Shown: positions 39,301 through 51,669, numbered from the stretch's first letter. The stretch: 64,000 nt of DNA from Burkholderiales bacterium (GCA_049695115.1 JBAVRP010000007.1:38772-102771), one strand, 5' to 3'. The notes: a model not told the origin generated them from the letters alone. A program made the numbers and translations.

Positions 39301-40016
39301 GCCGCCAATGCGTTTTTCTGCGCCGACACCAATTGCCGGATGCCAGTCTCGGCCAGATCAAGCATGGCGTTCATTTCCGAACGGGAGAACGCTGCGCCCT
39401 CGGCAGTGCCCTGAACTTCCACAATTCCCCCGCCGCCCATCATCACTACATTCATGTCGGTTTCGCAATCGGAGTCTTCGTCGTAATCCAGGTCCAGCAC
39501 CGGTGTGCCTTTATAAATGCCGACGGAAATCGCCGCAACGTGATCGCGAATAGGGTTTTCTTTCAGTGTGCCGTCTTTCACCAACCTTGAAATGGCGTCA
39601 TGCACGGCGACAAAAGCGCCGGTGATACTGGCAGTGCGCGTTCCGCCGTCGGCTTGGATGACATCGCAGTCAATTTGAATGGTACGTTCGCCGAGTTTTT
39701 GCATATCGACCACGGCGCGTATGGAACGGCCGATGAGGCGCTGGATTTCCTGCGTGCGCCCCGATTGTTTCCCTTTCGCCGCCTCGCGGTCCATCCGCGT
39801 TCCCGTCGAACGCGGCAACATACCGTATTCGGCGGTGAGCCAGCCTTGTCCTTTGCCTTTGAGGAAGCCCGGCACTTTTTCTTCCACGCTGGCGGTGCAT
39901 ATGACTTTGGTGTGGCCGCATTCAATCATCACGCTGCCTTCCGCGTGTTTGGTGTAATGGCGAATGATGCGGATGTCGCGCAATTGATCAGGGGCGCGCT
40001 TGCTCGGTCGGCTCAT
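39297..40016 (-). CDS. rph: Ribonuclease PH
   Basis: [48 protein letters not shown]. Confidence 0.95.
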   Translation of the reverse strand: MSRPSKRAPDQLRDIRIIRHYTKHAEGSVMIECGHTKVICTASVEEKVPGFLKGKGQGWLTAEYGMLPRSTGTRMDREAAKGKQSGRTQEIQRLIGRSIRAVVDMQKLGERTIQIDCDVIQADGGTRTASITGAFVAVHDAISRLVKDGTLKENPIRDHVAAISVGIYKGTPVLDLDYDEDSDCETDMNVVMMGGGGIVEVQGTAEGAAFSRSEMNAMLDLAETGIRQLVSAQKNALAA

Positions 40017-40088
40017 AAATGAATACTCTTAAACTGTCAATAAAATATTAAATATAATCATATACTTAATAATATATCCCCCAAGCGC

Positions 40089-41009
40089 TTAGCGGGAGTA
40101 TTTCTTGATGGTATTTTGTATTTCCGCAATCGCTTTGTCGATTTCTTCTTCCGTCACATCGTCGTACTGCGATTGCTTATCGGTGAGTGAAGCGCCCATT
40201 TCGGTGGTAAAAATATTTTGCACCATCGCGTCGGTGGTGATTTGTTTTCCGTTAGCCGCTTCCGTTGCCGCATCATTTTCCCAAGTTATCGCCACCACGG
40301 TGAGGTTATCCGCTTTTTTGCCGCCGCGTTTTTCGGCTACTTGCATTAAACCCGGCAACGCATCGACAATTGACTGCCTGGCAATCGAATCGATGATTTC
40401 TTCCTCCTGGAGGTGCGCCCAGAACCCATCCGAACTCAGCATGATGGTATCGCCCACCGCAACCGGCACCGGGTTGGCCAACCACACTAATGGCAGCTGC
40501 GGACCGCCCAGGCAATTGTAAATCCGGTTACGCTCCGGGTGTTTCATCGCCTGCTGCTGCGTAATCAGGCCGGCGTCCAGCATCTGTTGCACACGGGAGT
40601 GGTCGTTGGTGCGCGCAACGAGATTGCCATCGCGGAAAAAATACAACCTCGAGTCGCCGACATGGGCCCAGTAAGCCTTGCTGTTTTGTATCACGCTGGC
40701 GACGATGGTGGTGCGCGGCGATTCGCTTAATCCGTTCACTTCTGCGTACTCGAAAATCGCCTGGTGCGCAGCATGCAGGGTTTCGGATAAAAATTCATAA
40801 GGGTTTTTGATCGTGGTGCGCGCGTGGCGCTGAAAACGCTCGACCAGCAGCGACACGACGATTTCTGCCGCCACTTCGCCTTTGATATGCCCGCCCATGC
40901 CGTCAGCTACCGCCAGCAACAATGCGTCCTTGCTATAGGAGTAGGCGACGCGGTCCTGGTTATTGCGCCGGGCGCCGACAAGGCTTTGCTGGTAAATGGA
41001 AAAACGCAT
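40089..41009 (-). CDS. PP2C-family Ser/Thr protein phosphatase
   Basis: RRNNQDR, VADGMGGH and LSSDGF motifs. 306 aa, no TM segment. Confidence 0.9.
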   Translation of the reverse strand: MRFSIYQQSLVGARRNNQDRVAYSYSKDALLLAVADGMGGHIKGEVAAEIVVSLLVERFQRHARTTIKNPYEFLSETLHAAHQAIFEYAEVNGLSESPRTTIVASVIQNSKAYWAHVGDSRLYFFRDGNLVARTNDHSRVQQMLDAGLITQQQAMKHPERNRIYNCLGGPQLPLVWLANPVPVAVGDTIMLSSDGFWAHLQEEEIIDSIARQSIVDALPGLMQVAEKRGGKKADNLTVVAITWENDAATEAANGKQITTDAMVQNIFTTEMGASLTDKQSQYDDVTEEEIDKAIAEIQNTIKKYSR

Positions 41010-41011
41010 GA

Positions 41012-42016
41012 TTATTTTCCGCCGCGTGTTACTGATTTTGTCTTGGCTGCGGCCTTCGGTTTTGGCTTGGCGCTGGTTTTTTTGGCTGTTAATTTTTGCC
41101 TGATTTTACCAAACAGCGTAGTGGTACCGACTTTGGATGGCGTAGGTTCCATCAGCAGCGCTTTTTGCAATGCCATGACGCTGTGCGGTCGTTCGTCGAA
41201 ATCCAGCTTCAAACACCAATCAATCGTGTCGAGAAATTCCACGCTGTACTGCTCGCCCCATAAATCATGGGCCGAAGGCAGGTTGTCCTGCTTCATGCGT
41301 TCGTTCGCCGCCTGGGGCGGCCCGCCGATGAGGCACGAATAAATGGTCGCGCCGATACTATATATATCCGTCCACGGCCCCAGGTCTTTCATGCCCAGGT
41401 ATTGCTCCGGCGCAGCGAAGCCGTTGGTGTACATCGGCTTTAGCACGGGACGGTCATTTGCCAGTGCCTGGCGCGCAGCGCCGAAATCAAGCAGCACTGG
41501 CGTACCGTCCATGGCGATATAAATATTGGCCGGCTTGATATCCAGATGCAATAGCTTGTGCGTATGCACTTCGCGCAATCCGTTGAGCAGGTTCATGAAC
41601 AGGCGGCGCATGAAGCTCTCGGTAAATTGTTCGCGGTTGTGGGTGATGTGATGTTGCAGGGTACGGCCACGCATGAAACCCATCACCATGTACACCGTTT
41701 CGTTGGCGCGAAAAAAATTTTCCACTCGCACTACATTGGGATGGGAAATTTTCGCCAGCGCGCGGCCTTCCTCGAAAAAACATTTCATGCCGTTGCGGAA
41801 GTGCGCCAACTTTCCTTCCGATGTCACATGCACCACGTCACCGTCGGTGCGGGCGACCAGACCCGACGGCAGGTACTCCTTGATCGCCACCGGATTGCTG
41901 TTCTCATCCCTGGCCAGATACACAATGGAAAACCCGCCCGCGCTGAGCTGTTTTTCGATCCGGTAATTATTCAGCCGGTATCCGTTGGGCAGGGGCTGGT
42001 TGGGTTGTGATGCCAT
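41012..42016 (-). CDS. Hanks-type Ser/Thr protein kinase: kinase domain plus a short Lys/Ala/Pro-rich basic tail
   Basis: GGFSIVY...VAIKEY (VAIK), HLDIKPANI, DFGAA and FAAPEQ. The tail is KLTAKKTSAKPKPKAAAKTKSVTRGGK. Confidence 0.9.
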   Translation of the reverse strand: MASQPNQPLPNGYRLNNYRIEKQLSAGGFSIVYLARDENSNPVAIKEYLPSGLVARTDGDVVHVTSEGKLAHFRNGMKCFFEEGRALAKISHPNVVRVENFFRANETVYMVMGFMRGRTLQHHITHNREQFTESFMRRLFMNLLNGLREVHTHKLLHLDIKPANIYIAMDGTPVLLDFGAARQALANDRPVLKPMYTNGFAAPEQYLGMKDLGPWTDIYSIGATIYSCLIGGPPQAANERMKQDNLPSAHDLWGEQYSVEFLDTIDWCLKLDFDERPHSVMALQKALLMEPTPSKVGTTTLFGKIRQKLTAKKTSAKPKPKAAAKTKSVTRGGK

Positions 42017-42132
42017 ATTGGTGCGCGTTGTGCGGTATGATTATGTTTAGTGCAGCCATTGTGGATTTTTGACGCAGGCTTGTAAAGCAAAAAGGCGGCG
42101 CTCGCCGCCCCAATAATCAAAGTGAGCCCCTG

Positions 42133-42999
42133 ATGATTACCAGCATGACCGGCTTCGCCAACGTTACCCGCGAACACGATTTCGGCGCGATTTCCCTCGA
42201 GTTGCGCTCGGTGAACCACCGCTATCTGGAAATCCAGTTCCGTTTGCCGGACGAATTCAAAAGCGTCGAAAACGCGATGCGCGAAGCCATAGTCGGCAAA
42301 CTCACGCGCGGCAAAGTAGATTGCCGCATAGCGTTCGCGCCCAAGGCAAGCAGTAGCGGCACGCCGCAGCTCAACGACAGCGTACTGGCGCAACTGGGCG
42401 AACTCTCCGCCAATATTGCAAAGCGCTTTCCCGGCCACCCGCCCATGTCGGTGGCGGAAATTTTGCGCTGGCCCGGCGTGGTCGATATGCCTGGCGTCTC
42501 CGCCGACACCTTGCGCGATGCGACCATGGTTTTATTGAACGACGCGCTGGCGCAATTGCACGATACGCGCCAGCGCGAAGGGGCGAAGCTCAGCGCGTTA
42601 TTGCTTGACCGCGTGACGCGCATGGAAGAACTGGCAAAAAAAACCGCACCATTGATTCCGCAAATCGTCAAAAGCTATGAAGAAAAACTCACGGCAAAAA
42701 TAGCCGAATCGAATCTCACGCCGGACGATGAACGCATACGCGCGGAAGTCGTATTGTTCGCGAGCAAAGTGGACGTGGAAGAAGAGCTCGACCGGCTCAA
42801 CGCGCATTTGTCAGAAGTGCGCCGCATACTCAAGACAGGCGGCGCGGTAGGCAAACGGCTGGATTTCCTGATGCAGGAATTAAACCGCGAAGCGAATACC
42901 TTGGGTTCCAAATCCGTCGCGGTGGATATTTCGCGCACGTCAATGGAACTCAAAGTGCTGATTGAACAAATGCGCGAACAAATCCAGAATATTGAGTAA
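42133..42999 (+). CDS. yicC: YicC-family stress-induced protein
   Basis: MTGFA N-terminus, C-terminal QELNREANTLGSKS and MREQIQNIE blocks. Confidence 0.85.
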   Translation: MITSMTGFANVTREHDFGAISLELRSVNHRYLEIQFRLPDEFKSVENAMREAIVGKLTRGKVDCRIAFAPKASSSGTPQLNDSVLAQLGELSANIAKRFPGHPPMSVAEILRWPGVVDMPGVSADTLRDATMVLLNDALAQLHDTRQREGAKLSALLLDRVTRMEELAKKTAPLIPQIVKSYEEKLTAKIAESNLTPDDERIRAEVVLFASKVDVEEELDRLNAHLSEVRRILKTGGAVGKRLDFLMQELNREANTLGSKSVAVDISRTSMELKVLIEQMREQIQNIE

Positions 43000-43003
43000 A
43001 CAT

Positions 43004-43618
43004 ATGCCGGGAAATTTATTTATCGTATGGGCGCCGTCGGGCGCGGGCAAATCCAGCTTGATCGCGGCATTGCTTGAACGCGACATAATGGTCCGGCAAT
43101 CGGTGTCGTTCACCACCCGCGCCCCGCGCGAAGGCGAAGTCGAAGGCAAGCATTATCATTTTGTCACGCGCGAAATATTTCAGCGCATGATCTCGGCAGG
43201 GGATTTTCTCGAACACGCCGAAGTGTACGGTAATTTTTACGGCACATCGAAAAAGTGGATCGAAAATGCCATGCAAAACGGTTTCGACGTAGTGATGGCG
43301 ATAGATTGGCAGGGCGCGCGGCAAATACGCAACATTTTCCCGCAAACCGTAGGCGTATTCATTTTGCCGCCGTCGATCGACGGGCTGCGCCAGCGCCTAA
43401 CCGCTCGCGGGCAGGATACCGCCGAGGTGATAGAACGCCGCCTTGCCTCGGCGCACGAGGACATGAGCCATCTAAGCGAGTTCGATTATGTTATTATTAA
43501 CAACGAGTTTTCCGATGCGGTCAGCGATTTGTTGGCGATATTCCGCAGCCAACGACTCAAGCGCGACGCTCAATTCAAGCGCAACTGCGATATAATTTCC
43601 AATTTAATCAAGAGGTAA
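43004..43618 (+). CDS. gmk: Guanylate kinase
   Basis: [10 protein letters not shown]-loop, [18 protein letters not shown]. Confidence 0.95.
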   Translation: MPGNLFIVWAPSGAGKSSLIAALLERDIMVRQSVSFTTRAPREGEVEGKHYHFVTREIFQRMISAGDFLEHAEVYGNFYGTSKKWIENAMQNGFDVVMAIDWQGARQIRNIFPQTVGVFILPPSIDGLRQRLTARGQDTAEVIERRLASAHEDMSHLSEFDYVIINNEFSDAVSDLLAIFRSQRLKRDAQFKRNCDIISNLIKR

Positions 43619-43620
43619 GC

Positions 43621-43848
43621 ATGGCACGTATCACCGTTGACGATTGCATCAAACTGATCCCGAACCGTTTTGAACTCACCCTCGCGGCAACCTACCGCTC
43701 TCGCCAATTGGCAACCGGCGCCACGCCGCTGGTCGATGGCCACAGCCGTGACAAGCCGACAGTGATGGCATTGCGCGAAATCGCCGCAGGAAAAGTCGGC
43801 GTGGAAATCCTCAATCGCGGACCTGCGATACCCGTCGTTAAAGAGTAA
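43621..43848 (+). CDS. rpoZ: RNA polymerase omega subunit
   Basis: [30 protein letters not shown]. Confidence 0.9.
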   Translation: MARITVDDCIKLIPNRFELTLAATYRSRQLATGATPLVDGHSRDKPTVMALREIAAGKVGVEILNRGPAIPVVKE

Positions 43849-43937
43849 AGGAGGGAGGACGAAGGCTAAAGCATGAAATAGCAGCACGACGCGCCAACAA
43901 ATTTCATTTTTATGCTTCCGGCCTCATCCTGGTACCT

Positions 43938-46073
43938 ATGCCTGAGGTTGCCGAACTTACCCACGCCCTGTCCGGTTACCTGAAGCCGGAGGACATTTCT
44001 CAGGTCCACGCCGCCTACGAAGCCGCCCGTACTGCCCACGAAGGACAGTTCCGCAAAAGCGGCCAACCCTATATCACTCACCCGGTAGCCGTGGCGAAGA
44101 TCCTCGCTGAATGGCATCTCGACCCGCAGGCTATCATGGCGGCGCTGCTGCATGACACGGTCGAAGACACCGCCACCACCAACATCCAGATTACCGATCA
44201 TTTCGGCAAGGCTGTGAGCGACCTGGTCGACGGCGTGTCCAAAATCGACCGCATCAAATTCGATACCCTGCAACATGAGCAGGCGGAAAACTTCCGCAAA
44301 ATGCTCCTTGCCATGGCGCGCGATGTACGCGTCATTTTAATCAAGCTCGCCGACCGCCTGCACAATATGCGCACGCTGGATTCGATGTCTGTGGAACAAC
44401 AGGAACGCATAGCCCGCGAGACGCTGGAAATTTACGCGCCCATCGCCAATCGGCTTGGATTGAATAACGTTTATTACGAATTGCAGGACCTGGGCTTCAA
44501 ATTTCTCTACCCCAACCGCTATCGCGTGCTGACCAAGGCGGTCAAAGCCGCGCGCGGAAACCGCCGCGAAGTGGTAAACAAAATTTTAGAGGCCATTAAA
44601 CAGCGCCTGGCTGACTTTAAAGTTGAGGCAAGCATCACCGGACGCGAAAAACATATTTCCAGTATTTATAAAAAAATGCTGGAAAAACAACTGACATTTT
44701 CCGAAGTGCTCGACATCTACGGTTTCCGCATAATTACCAAGGATATCCCGAGCTGTTACCTTACGCTGGGCGCGCTGCATACCTTATATAAGCCGATTCC
44801 GGGCAAGTTCAAAGATTACATCGCCATAGCAAAGGCCAACGGCTATCAGTCTCTGCACACCACGCTTTTCGGCCCTTTCGGCACGCCGATTGAAATTCAG
44901 ATCCGCACCCAGGACATGCACCGCATCTCAGAGAGCGGCGTGGCGTCGCATTGGATATATAAAACCTCGTCGACCAACATGGATGACATGCAGGAACGCA
45001 CCCATCAATGGCTGCAATCGCTGCTCGACATCCAGTCGGAAAGCGGCGATGCGGTGGAGTTTCTGGAACACATCAAGGTCGATCTGTTTCCTGATGAAGT
45101 CTATGTGTTTACGCCTAAGGGCGAGATTTTTTCATTGCCGCGAGGTGCGACGGTGGTGGATTTCGCTTATCAGATCCATACCGACGTGGGCAACCATTGC
45201 GTCTCTGCGCGCATCAATAATGAACTTGTACCGCTGCGGACGCCGCTGAATAACGGCGATCGCGTCGAAGTCATCACGGATGAAAAATCCCACCCCAATC
45301 CGGCTTGGCTGAATTTTGTCACCACCGGTAAAGCCCGTTCGCACATCCGCCATTATTTCAAGGACCGGCATCTGGAAGAATCGGCTGAACTCGGCGAGCG
45401 CATGCTCAACCAGGCCTTGCGCGCGCTGAAAGCGGAACCGACGGATATTACCGACCTACATTGGGACCGGTTGCTCAAAGGCGACAGCGCCAAAAACAAA
45501 GTTGATGTGTTGTCGGAAATTGGGATAGGGAAGCGACTTAACGTGGTAGTGGCAAGGCGTTTGTTGTCGCTTAACGATGCGCTGTCGCTGCAGCCGGAAG
45601 GCAAGCAATTAGGTTCGCTGACCATACGCGGCACCGAAGGCATGGCGGTGCAATTGGCACAGTGTTGCCGGCCGATTCCCGGCGATCCGATTATCGGCTT
45701 TATTAAAAAAGGCCAAGGGTTGGTAATTCACACACATGATTGCCCGTCGATCCGCCAGTTTCATGCCGATCCGGATAAATGGCTGGATGTGGAATGGGAT
45801 CCGGAAACGAAAAAATATTTCGACGTCACGATCAATGTCGTCACGCAAAACCAGCGCGGCGTGCTGGGCAAAGTTGCCGCCGCCATCGGTGAATCGGGAG
45901 CGAATATAGATAACCTCAGCGCAGAAGAACGCGAGAGCGCGGACTACGGCACATGGAATATCACCCTGCAAGTCACCGACCGCTCGCATCTTGCCATAGT
46001 GATGAAAAACGTACGGCAGATTCCACAAGTGGTGCGCGTCAATAGGAAAGTCGGCCTAGAAAAAGAAAAATAG
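43938..46073 (+). CDS. spoT: Bifunctional (p)ppGpp synthetase/hydrolase (RelA/SpoT homologue with intact HD domain)
   Basis: HD block [10 protein letters not shown]...LLHDTVEDT, synthetase block [11 protein letters not shown] and ACT-like C-terminus, in the gmk-rpoZ-spoT context. Confidence 0.9.
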   Translation: MPEVAELTHALSGYLKPEDISQVHAAYEAARTAHEGQFRKSGQPYITHPVAVAKILAEWHLDPQAIMAALLHDTVEDTATTNIQITDHFGKAVSDLVDGVSKIDRIKFDTLQHEQAENFRKMLLAMARDVRVILIKLADRLHNMRTLDSMSVEQQERIARETLEIYAPIANRLGLNNVYYELQDLGFKFLYPNRYRVLTKAVKAARGNRREVVNKILEAIKQRLADFKVEASITGREKHISSIYKKMLEKQLTFSEVLDIYGFRIITKDIPSCYLTLGALHTLYKPIPGKFKDYIAIAKANGYQSLHTTLFGPFGTPIEIQIRTQDMHRISESGVASHWIYKTSSTNMDDMQERTHQWLQSLLDIQSESGDAVEFLEHIKVDLFPDEVYVFTPKGEIFSLPRGATVVDFAYQIHTDVGNHCVSARINNELVPLRTPLNNGDRVEVITDEKSHPNPAWLNFVTTGKARSHIRHYFKDRHLEESAELGERMLNQALRALKAEPTDITDLHWDRLLKGDSAKNKVDVLSEIGIGKRLNVVVARRLLSLNDALSLQPEGKQLGSLTIRGTEGMAVQLAQCCRPIPGDPIIGFIKKGQGLVIHTHDCPSIRQFHADPDKWLDVEWDPETKKYFDVTINVVTQNQRGVLGKVAAAIGESGANIDNLSAEERESADYGTWNITLQVTDRSHLAIVMKNVRQIPQVVRVNRKVGLEKEK

Positions 46074-46129
46074 CCCGCGCTTTTTTCGCTCGATTCAGAA
46101 TAGAATTTATTTACTCACCAGGAAGTATC

Positions 46130-46513
46130 ATGCCCAGACAAATCATCCGCACCGTCACCGCACCTGAAGCCATCGGCACCTATTCGCAAGCCATCCGTGT
46201 CAACGATACTGTCTATCTTTCCGGCCAAATTGGACTCGATCCACAAACCATGAAACTGGTCGATGGCATTGATGCGCAAATCACGCGCGTATTCGACAAC
46301 CTGAAAGCTGTCGCCAGCAGCGCAGGCGGATCGCTCAACGACATGGTGAAAGTGAATATTTTCCTGACTGATCTCGTGCACTTCGCCAAAGTAAATGAAA
46401 TCATGGCGCAATATTTTTCCGAACCTTATCCTGCGCGTGCAGCAATCGGCGTGGCTTCGCTGCCACGTGGCGCGCTGGTGGAAGCTGACGGCATTATGGA
46501 GTTGGCAAAATAG
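46130..46513 (+). CDS. ridA: RidA (YjgF/TdcF) reactive enamine/imine deaminase
   Basis: 127 aa. [30 protein letters not shown]. Confidence 0.9.
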   Translation: MPRQIIRTVTAPEAIGTYSQAIRVNDTVYLSGQIGLDPQTMKLVDGIDAQITRVFDNLKAVASSAGGSLNDMVKVNIFLTDLVHFAKVNEIMAQYFSEPYPARAAIGVASLPRGALVEADGIMELAK

Positions 46514-46596
46514 AATTCCGCATTCCCAAGGCGGTCGCCGACAAGCTGGCAAAGCTCGATATCCGCAATCGCTTCGACCTGATCCTGCATCTGCCG

Positions 46597-48540
46597 ATGC
46601 GCTATGAAGATGAGACCCATCTCACGCCGATTCGTGATGCATTGACCGGCACGACTGTCCTGGTCGAAGGCACCGTGCTCACCACGGAAGTGATGTACCG
46701 CCCGCGGCGGCAACTGGTTTGTCAGATTGAAGACGCCAGCGGAATTCTATATATGCGCTTTTTGAACTTCTACGGCAGCCAAGTAAAGCAGCTTGCCCAA
46801 GGGGCTCGTGTTCGTGTACTCGGCGAAGTACGCCAGGGCTTTTTCGGCGCGGAAATGGTCCACCCCAAATATCGTACTGTGAAAGAAAATGCGCCACTGT
46901 CGGAATCTCTCACCCCGGTTTACCCGACCGTGGCTGGATTGCAGCAGGCGACGCTGCGCAAGTTTATCGCCGAAGCGATGCGCGTCACCGAACTCAGCGA
47001 CACGCTGCCGGACGCGCTGTTAAAAAAACTGCATCTCGCGTCGCTAAAACCCAGTCTGGCTGCTTTACATTTTCCGACGCCGGATATTCCGCAACAGCAA
47101 TTGCAGGAGCGCACGCATCCGGCTTGGCAGCGCTTGAAGTTCGATGAATTATTGGCGCAACAACTGTCCATGCGCAAACATTATCGCGAACGCCGCGCAC
47201 GCATAGCGCCGATATTGAAAACCAAGAATTCGCTGACCAAAAAATTATTGTCCGTGCTGCCCTTCCCGCTAACTGGCGCGCAAAAAAAAGTCCTCGGTGA
47301 AATCAGCGGGGATTTGGCGCAGGGCCATCCGATGCAACGATTATTGCAAGGCGATGTGGGCAGCGGCAAAACCATAGTCGCTGCCTTCGCCGTTTTACAG
47401 GCGATAGAAAACGGTTATCAGGCAGCGCTGATGGCGCCAACAGAAATCCTCACCGAACAGCATTATCGAAAACTTTCTGCATTACTCGAACCATTAGGCG
47501 TGAATGTAGTATGGCTCACCGGCTCAATGAAGATTAAAGAAAAAAATCTATATAAACAAATTGTTAAAGACGGAACGGCGCAGTTGGTTGTCGGCACCCA
47601 CGCGTTGTTTCAGGACGATGTGACTTTCAATAAACTCGGGCTTGCGATCATCGACGAGCAGCATCGCTTCGGCGTCGAACAACGATTGGCGTTGCGCTTG
47701 AAAGGCGCCAGCGTCGGCGAACCGCATCAATTGATGATGACCGCCACACCGATTCCGCGCACTTTGTCGATGAGTTATTACGCCGACCTTGATGTGTCGG
47801 TGATAGATGAATTGCCGCCGGAACGGACGCCAATCGTCACCCGACTCATTTCCGATGAGCGACGAGAAGAAGTAATCGGCCGTGTGCGTAAAGCCTGCGA
47901 AAAAGGCGCACAGGCATATTGGGTGTGCCCGTTGATCGAAGAATCGGAAAAGCTGCAACTGCAAACGGCGATCGAAACCTACGCAGGCATCCAGGCAACA
48001 TTTCCTGATTTGAAAGTCGGCCTGGTACACGGGCGGCTCAAACCGGCGGAAAAAGCGGCGGTGATGAGTGCCTTCCAGCAAAACCAAATTCAATTGCTGG
48101 TGGCGACAACGGTAATCGAAGTCGGCGTTGATGTGCCTAACGCATCGCTGATAGTGATCGACCACGCGGAGCGCATGGGCCTGTCGCAGCTACATCAACT
48201 GCGCGGACGTGTCGGCCGCGGCGCGGAGAAAAGTTCCTGCATCCTGCTCTACCAAACGCCGCTATCCGAACAGGCGCGGGAAAGATTGAAAGTCGTTTAC
48301 GAAAATACCGATGGCTTTGTCATCGCCGAAGCGGATTTGCGCCTGCGCGGACCGGGAGAGTTTCTCGGCAGCCGCCAAAGCGGGCCGGCGATGCTGCGCT
48401 TCGCCGACCTCAACCGCGACACGGACCTGCTGGAAGCGGCGCAAAAAACCGCAGAAGACTTATTGCAGAATCAACCCGATGTCGCCGAGCAACATTTGAA
48501 ACGCTGGCTGTGGTCGCGGGAAGAGTATCTCAAAGTATGA
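46597..48540 (+). CDS. recG: ATP-dependent DNA helicase RecG; the 5' boundary is unresolved and probably lies upstream of 46597
   Basis: Helicase motifs [24 protein letters not shown] and QLRGRVGRG. The conserved LHLP-x-RYED N-terminal motif straddles the first ATG. Confidence 0.9.
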   Translation: MRYEDETHLTPIRDALTGTTVLVEGTVLTTEVMYRPRRQLVCQIEDASGILYMRFLNFYGSQVKQLAQGARVRVLGEVRQGFFGAEMVHPKYRTVKENAPLSESLTPVYPTVAGLQQATLRKFIAEAMRVTELSDTLPDALLKKLHLASLKPSLAALHFPTPDIPQQQLQERTHPAWQRLKFDELLAQQLSMRKHYRERRARIAPILKTKNSLTKKLLSVLPFPLTGAQKKVLGEISGDLAQGHPMQRLLQGDVGSGKTIVAAFAVLQAIENGYQAALMAPTEILTEQHYRKLSALLEPLGVNVVWLTGSMKIKEKNLYKQIVKDGTAQLVVGTHALFQDDVTFNKLGLAIIDEQHRFGVEQRLALRLKGASVGEPHQLMMTATPIPRTLSMSYYADLDVSVIDELPPERTPIVTRLISDERREEVIGRVRKACEKGAQAYWVCPLIEESEKLQLQTAIETYAGIQATFPDLKVGLVHGRLKPAEKAAVMSAFQQNQIQLLVATTVIEVGVDVPNASLIVIDHAERMGLSQLHQLRGRVGRGAEKSSCILLYQTPLSEQARERLKVVYENTDGFVIAEADLRLRGPGEFLGSRQSGPAMLRFADLNRDTDLLEAAQKTAEDLLQNQPDVAEQHLKRWLWSREEYLKV

Positions 48541-49406
48541 GCCTGCCTTTTAACCAGCGCGTTAGAGTTTATGCCCAGCTGATGCGTCTCGACAAACCCA
48601 TAGGCATTCTGCTGTTACTTTGGCCGACCCTATGGGCGTTGTGGTTTGCCACTGACGGCAAGCCTGAACTGAAACTGGTGGCGATTTTTATACTTGGCAC
48701 GGTGCTGATGCGTTCCGCCGGCTGCGTAATCAATGATTATATCGACCGTGATGTCGATCCGCATGTCGCGCGCACCAAAGCGCGCCCGCTTTCCGCAAAA
48801 ATAATTGCCGATAAAGAAGCGTTGTTACTTGCCGGGTTTCTCAGCCTGCTGGCCTTCGCGCTGGTCTGGCCGCTGAACCGGCTGACAACTTATTTATCCT
48901 TCGCTGCGCTGTTTCTCGCGGCGAGTTATCCGTTCACCAAACGTTTTTTCGCCATCCCGCAAGCGTATCTCGGCATTGCCTTCGGCTTCGGCATTCCCAT
49001 GACCTTCGCCGCGGCAACCAACGCTGTGCCCGCGATTGCGTGGCTATTGCTGCTGGGGAATATTTTCTGGGCTATCGCTTACGACACCGAATACGCCATG
49101 GTCGACCGCGCAGACGACATCAAGATCGGCATAAAAACATCGGCGCTGACATTCGGAAAGTTTGACGTGCTCGCAGTCATGCTGTGCTACACCGCGTTTC
49201 TCGGCATTATGTTATACGCGGGAATAAAATATCAGCGCGGAATATTTTATTTTGCGGGAATATTACTGGCGGCCGTGATCGCTGCGTATCACTACCGCCT
49301 GATCGAGCATCGCGATCCGGCGAAATGCTTCAAGGCGTTCCTGCATAACAACTGGCTGGGCGCGGCAATATTTGCCGGACTCGCGCTCGATTACCGGGTC
49401 AGTTGA
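48537..49406 (+). CDS. ubiA: 4-hydroxybenzoate polyprenyltransferase
   Basis: [19 protein letters not shown] and NDYIDRDVD motifs. Its ATG overlaps the recG stop (ATGA). Confidence 0.9.
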   Translation: MSLPFNQRVRVYAQLMRLDKPIGILLLLWPTLWALWFATDGKPELKLVAIFILGTVLMRSAGCVINDYIDRDVDPHVARTKARPLSAKIIADKEALLLAGFLSLLAFALVWPLNRLTTYLSFAALFLAASYPFTKRFFAIPQAYLGIAFGFGIPMTFAAATNAVPAIAWLLLLGNIFWAIAYDTEYAMVDRADDIKIGIKTSALTFGKFDVLAVMLCYTAFLGIMLYAGIKYQRGIFYFAGILLAAVIAAYHYRLIEHRDPAKCFKAFLHNNWLGAAIFAGLALDYRVS

Positions 49407-51600
49407 ACTTTACCGCAGATGGTTTTGTCGGATAATAGGATTTATTATTGGCGAGCAATTCCGTTGCCTCGTTCACCGGCATGGCCTTATTGAAATAATA
49501 TCCCTGGCATACATCGCAATCGTTCTTGATCAAAAATTCGAGTTGGTGCGCTTGCTCTACTCCTTCGGCCAACAGCCTGAGCTTTAGGCCGCGGGCGATC
49601 TGTATCATGGCGCTGACGATGGAAGTTTCGGAAAAATCTTCTTTCAGATCGCGGATAAACGATTGGTCTATTTTAAGCGTGCTGATCGGCAGGTCTTTGA
49701 GATAAGCCAGCGATGAATAGCCGGTGCCAAAATCGTCGATGGAAATATGCACACCCAGGTTGGCGATCTGGCGCAGTTTGCCCTGGCTGTTATCGACGTC
49801 TTTCATCATCGCGCTTTCGGTGATTTCCAGATCAAGTTCATTGCTTTCCAGTCCGCTGGTTTGCAGCGCCTGTTTTACTTTTTCGACAAAATCATGTTGT
49901 TCGATTTGGTGCGCCGATAGGTTCACCGCGACACGAATGGGAGTCAGCCCGCTAACGCGCCATTGTCTTGCCTGCGCACAGGCTGTGTTTAGTACCCAAT
50001 CCCCGATCAAGCCGATCAGCCCGGTTTCCTCGGCAAGCGGAATAAAATCAGTGGGCAGCAGCATGCCGCGTTCCGGGTGGTTCCAGCGTATCAATGCTTC
50101 CATGCCGATTATGTTGCCATCGGCCGTGTTGACTTGCGGCTGGTAATGCAACTCGAATTCCTTGTTCGAAATGGCGCTGCGCAAGTCGTTTTCCAGCAGC
50201 AGGCGGTGCGAATAGGTCGCGGATTTGGCCTGGGAAAAAAATGCATAGTTGTTGCGTCCCAGTTCTTTCACGTGATACATGGCGATGTCGGCATTTTTGA
50301 CCAGCATATCCACGGTATCCCCGTCGTCGGGGTAAATGGCGATGCCGATGCTGGCGCTGAAGTAATGGTCCTGCCCGCCGACGCGAAACGGCCGGTTGAG
50401 GGTTTCGAGCAATTTCGCGGCGGCATTGGCGGCGGCGCCCAGCTCATCTATCTGCGGCAACAGCAGTGTGAATTCGTCGCCGCCCTGGCGTGCCAGGGTG
50501 TCACCCTCGCGCACGCTTTTCGCCAGGCGCATAGCGACACTTTGCAATAACTGGTCGCCCACTACATGACCCATGGTGTCGTTGATGACTTTAAAGCGGT
50601 CAAGGTCGAGAAACATCACCGCCAATTTGCGCCGGTTGCGTTTGGCTTGTGCCATGCCGAGAATCAGGTGATCCTTGAATAACAGGCGGTTCGGCAAGCC
50701 GGTCAACATATCGTGATACGCCTGGTGGTAAATCATTTCCTCGGCTTGTTTGCGCTCGCTGATATCTTTCGCAACGCCGTAAGTCCCGAAAAATTTACTT
50801 TGCACGCTAGGCTCCGCGCTGTCGTAAATGCCCATCGCATTAAGTTCGACCGTGATGTAAGCCGGCTCTGCGTGCGGCGATGTTTCGTCTGTTGGTTTGC
50901 TCAGCAAACGCAATTCGTCGTTGCGCGTAGAGCGCTGCCCGGTGCGCTTATCATTGAACGCATGCTTCGCGCGCTCGAGATCATCCGGATGAATCAGCAG
51001 CGTGTAATGACGGCCGGTCAACTCATCTTTGCTGTAACCTAATAATGATTTTACTCTTTGATTAACATATGAAAAACGCCCCTCTGCATCCAGGGTGTAA
51101 ATAATGTCGGGAGAATTATCGACTAGGTAGCGGTGCCATTTTTCCGACTTGTCGAGCTTATGGTTCATATAGCTCAGTTGCCGTTCGAGATAGCGCTTAT
51201 GCAGTGCGTTCTCGACCGTCTTGAGCAATTGTTCCGGCTCATAGGGTTTGCGCAGAAAATCGTAGGCGCCGCTGCGCAGTGCATGAATGGCGGCAGCAAT
51301 CGCCGTATCGCCGCTGACGACTATCACGGTAGAATCAATTTTACGCTCGACGATATTATCAAGCAGCGTATAGCCGTTCATTTCCGGCATGAACAGATCG
51401 AGCAGCACGATGTCGTAGAGGCGCGATTGCAGCATGATCAGTGCGCTCTTGCCGTTGTCGCAAATATCCACGTCGTAGCCTTGCATGCCCAGCAATTGTT
51501 GCAAGCTGTGGCGCATGTGCGGCTCATCGTCCACGACTAACAGTCGCGGATTCGGATCGTCATGGTCAGGTTCGGCCACATGCAATACCTTGTGTTCCAC
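49399..51600 (-). CDS. Response regulator with REC-PAS-GGDEF-EAL architecture
   Basis: REC (LLVVDDEP...[11 protein letters not shown]), PAS ([19 protein letters not shown]), intact GGDEF ([11 protein letters not shown]), intact EAL ([17 protein letters not shown]). Confidence 0.9.
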   Translation of the reverse strand: MEHKVLHVAEPDHDDPNPRLLVVDDEPHMRHSLQQLLGMQGYDVDICDNGKSALIMLQSRLYDIVLLDLFMPEMNGYTLLDNIVERKIDSTVIVVSGDTAIAAAIHALRSGAYDFLRKPYEPEQLLKTVENALHKRYLERQLSYMNHKLDKSEKWHRYLVDNSPDIIYTLDAEGRFSYVNQRVKSLLGYSKDELTGRHYTLLIHPDDLERAKHAFNDKRTGQRSTRNDELRLLSKPTDETSPHAEPAYITVELNAMGIYDSAEPSVQSKFFGTYGVAKDISERKQAEEMIYHQAYHDMLTGLPNRLLFKDHLILGMAQAKRNRRKLAVMFLDLDRFKVINDTMGHVVGDQLLQSVAMRLAKSVREGDTLARQGGDEFTLLLPQIDELGAAANAAAKLLETLNRPFRVGGQDHYFSASIGIAIYPDDGDTVDMLVKNADIAMYHVKELGRNNYAFFSQAKSATYSHRLLLENDLRSAISNKEFELHYQPQVNTADGNIIGMEALIRWNHPERGMLLPTDFIPLAEETGLIGLIGDWVLNTACAQARQWRVSGLTPIRVAVNLSAHQIEQHDFVEKVKQALQTSGLESNELDLEITESAMMKDVDNSQGKLRQIANLGVHISIDDFGTGYSSLAYLKDLPISTLKIDQSFIRDLKEDFSETSIVSAMIQIARGLKLRLLAEGVEQAHQLEFLIKNDCDVCQGYYFNKAMPVNEATELLANNKSYYPTKPSAVKFN

Positions 51601-51669
51601 TGAATTTGTTCCCCGGAATAACTATTGCAGGTCTGGTTGTGCCCGCATTGGTTTATCGTCTATTGTCCT

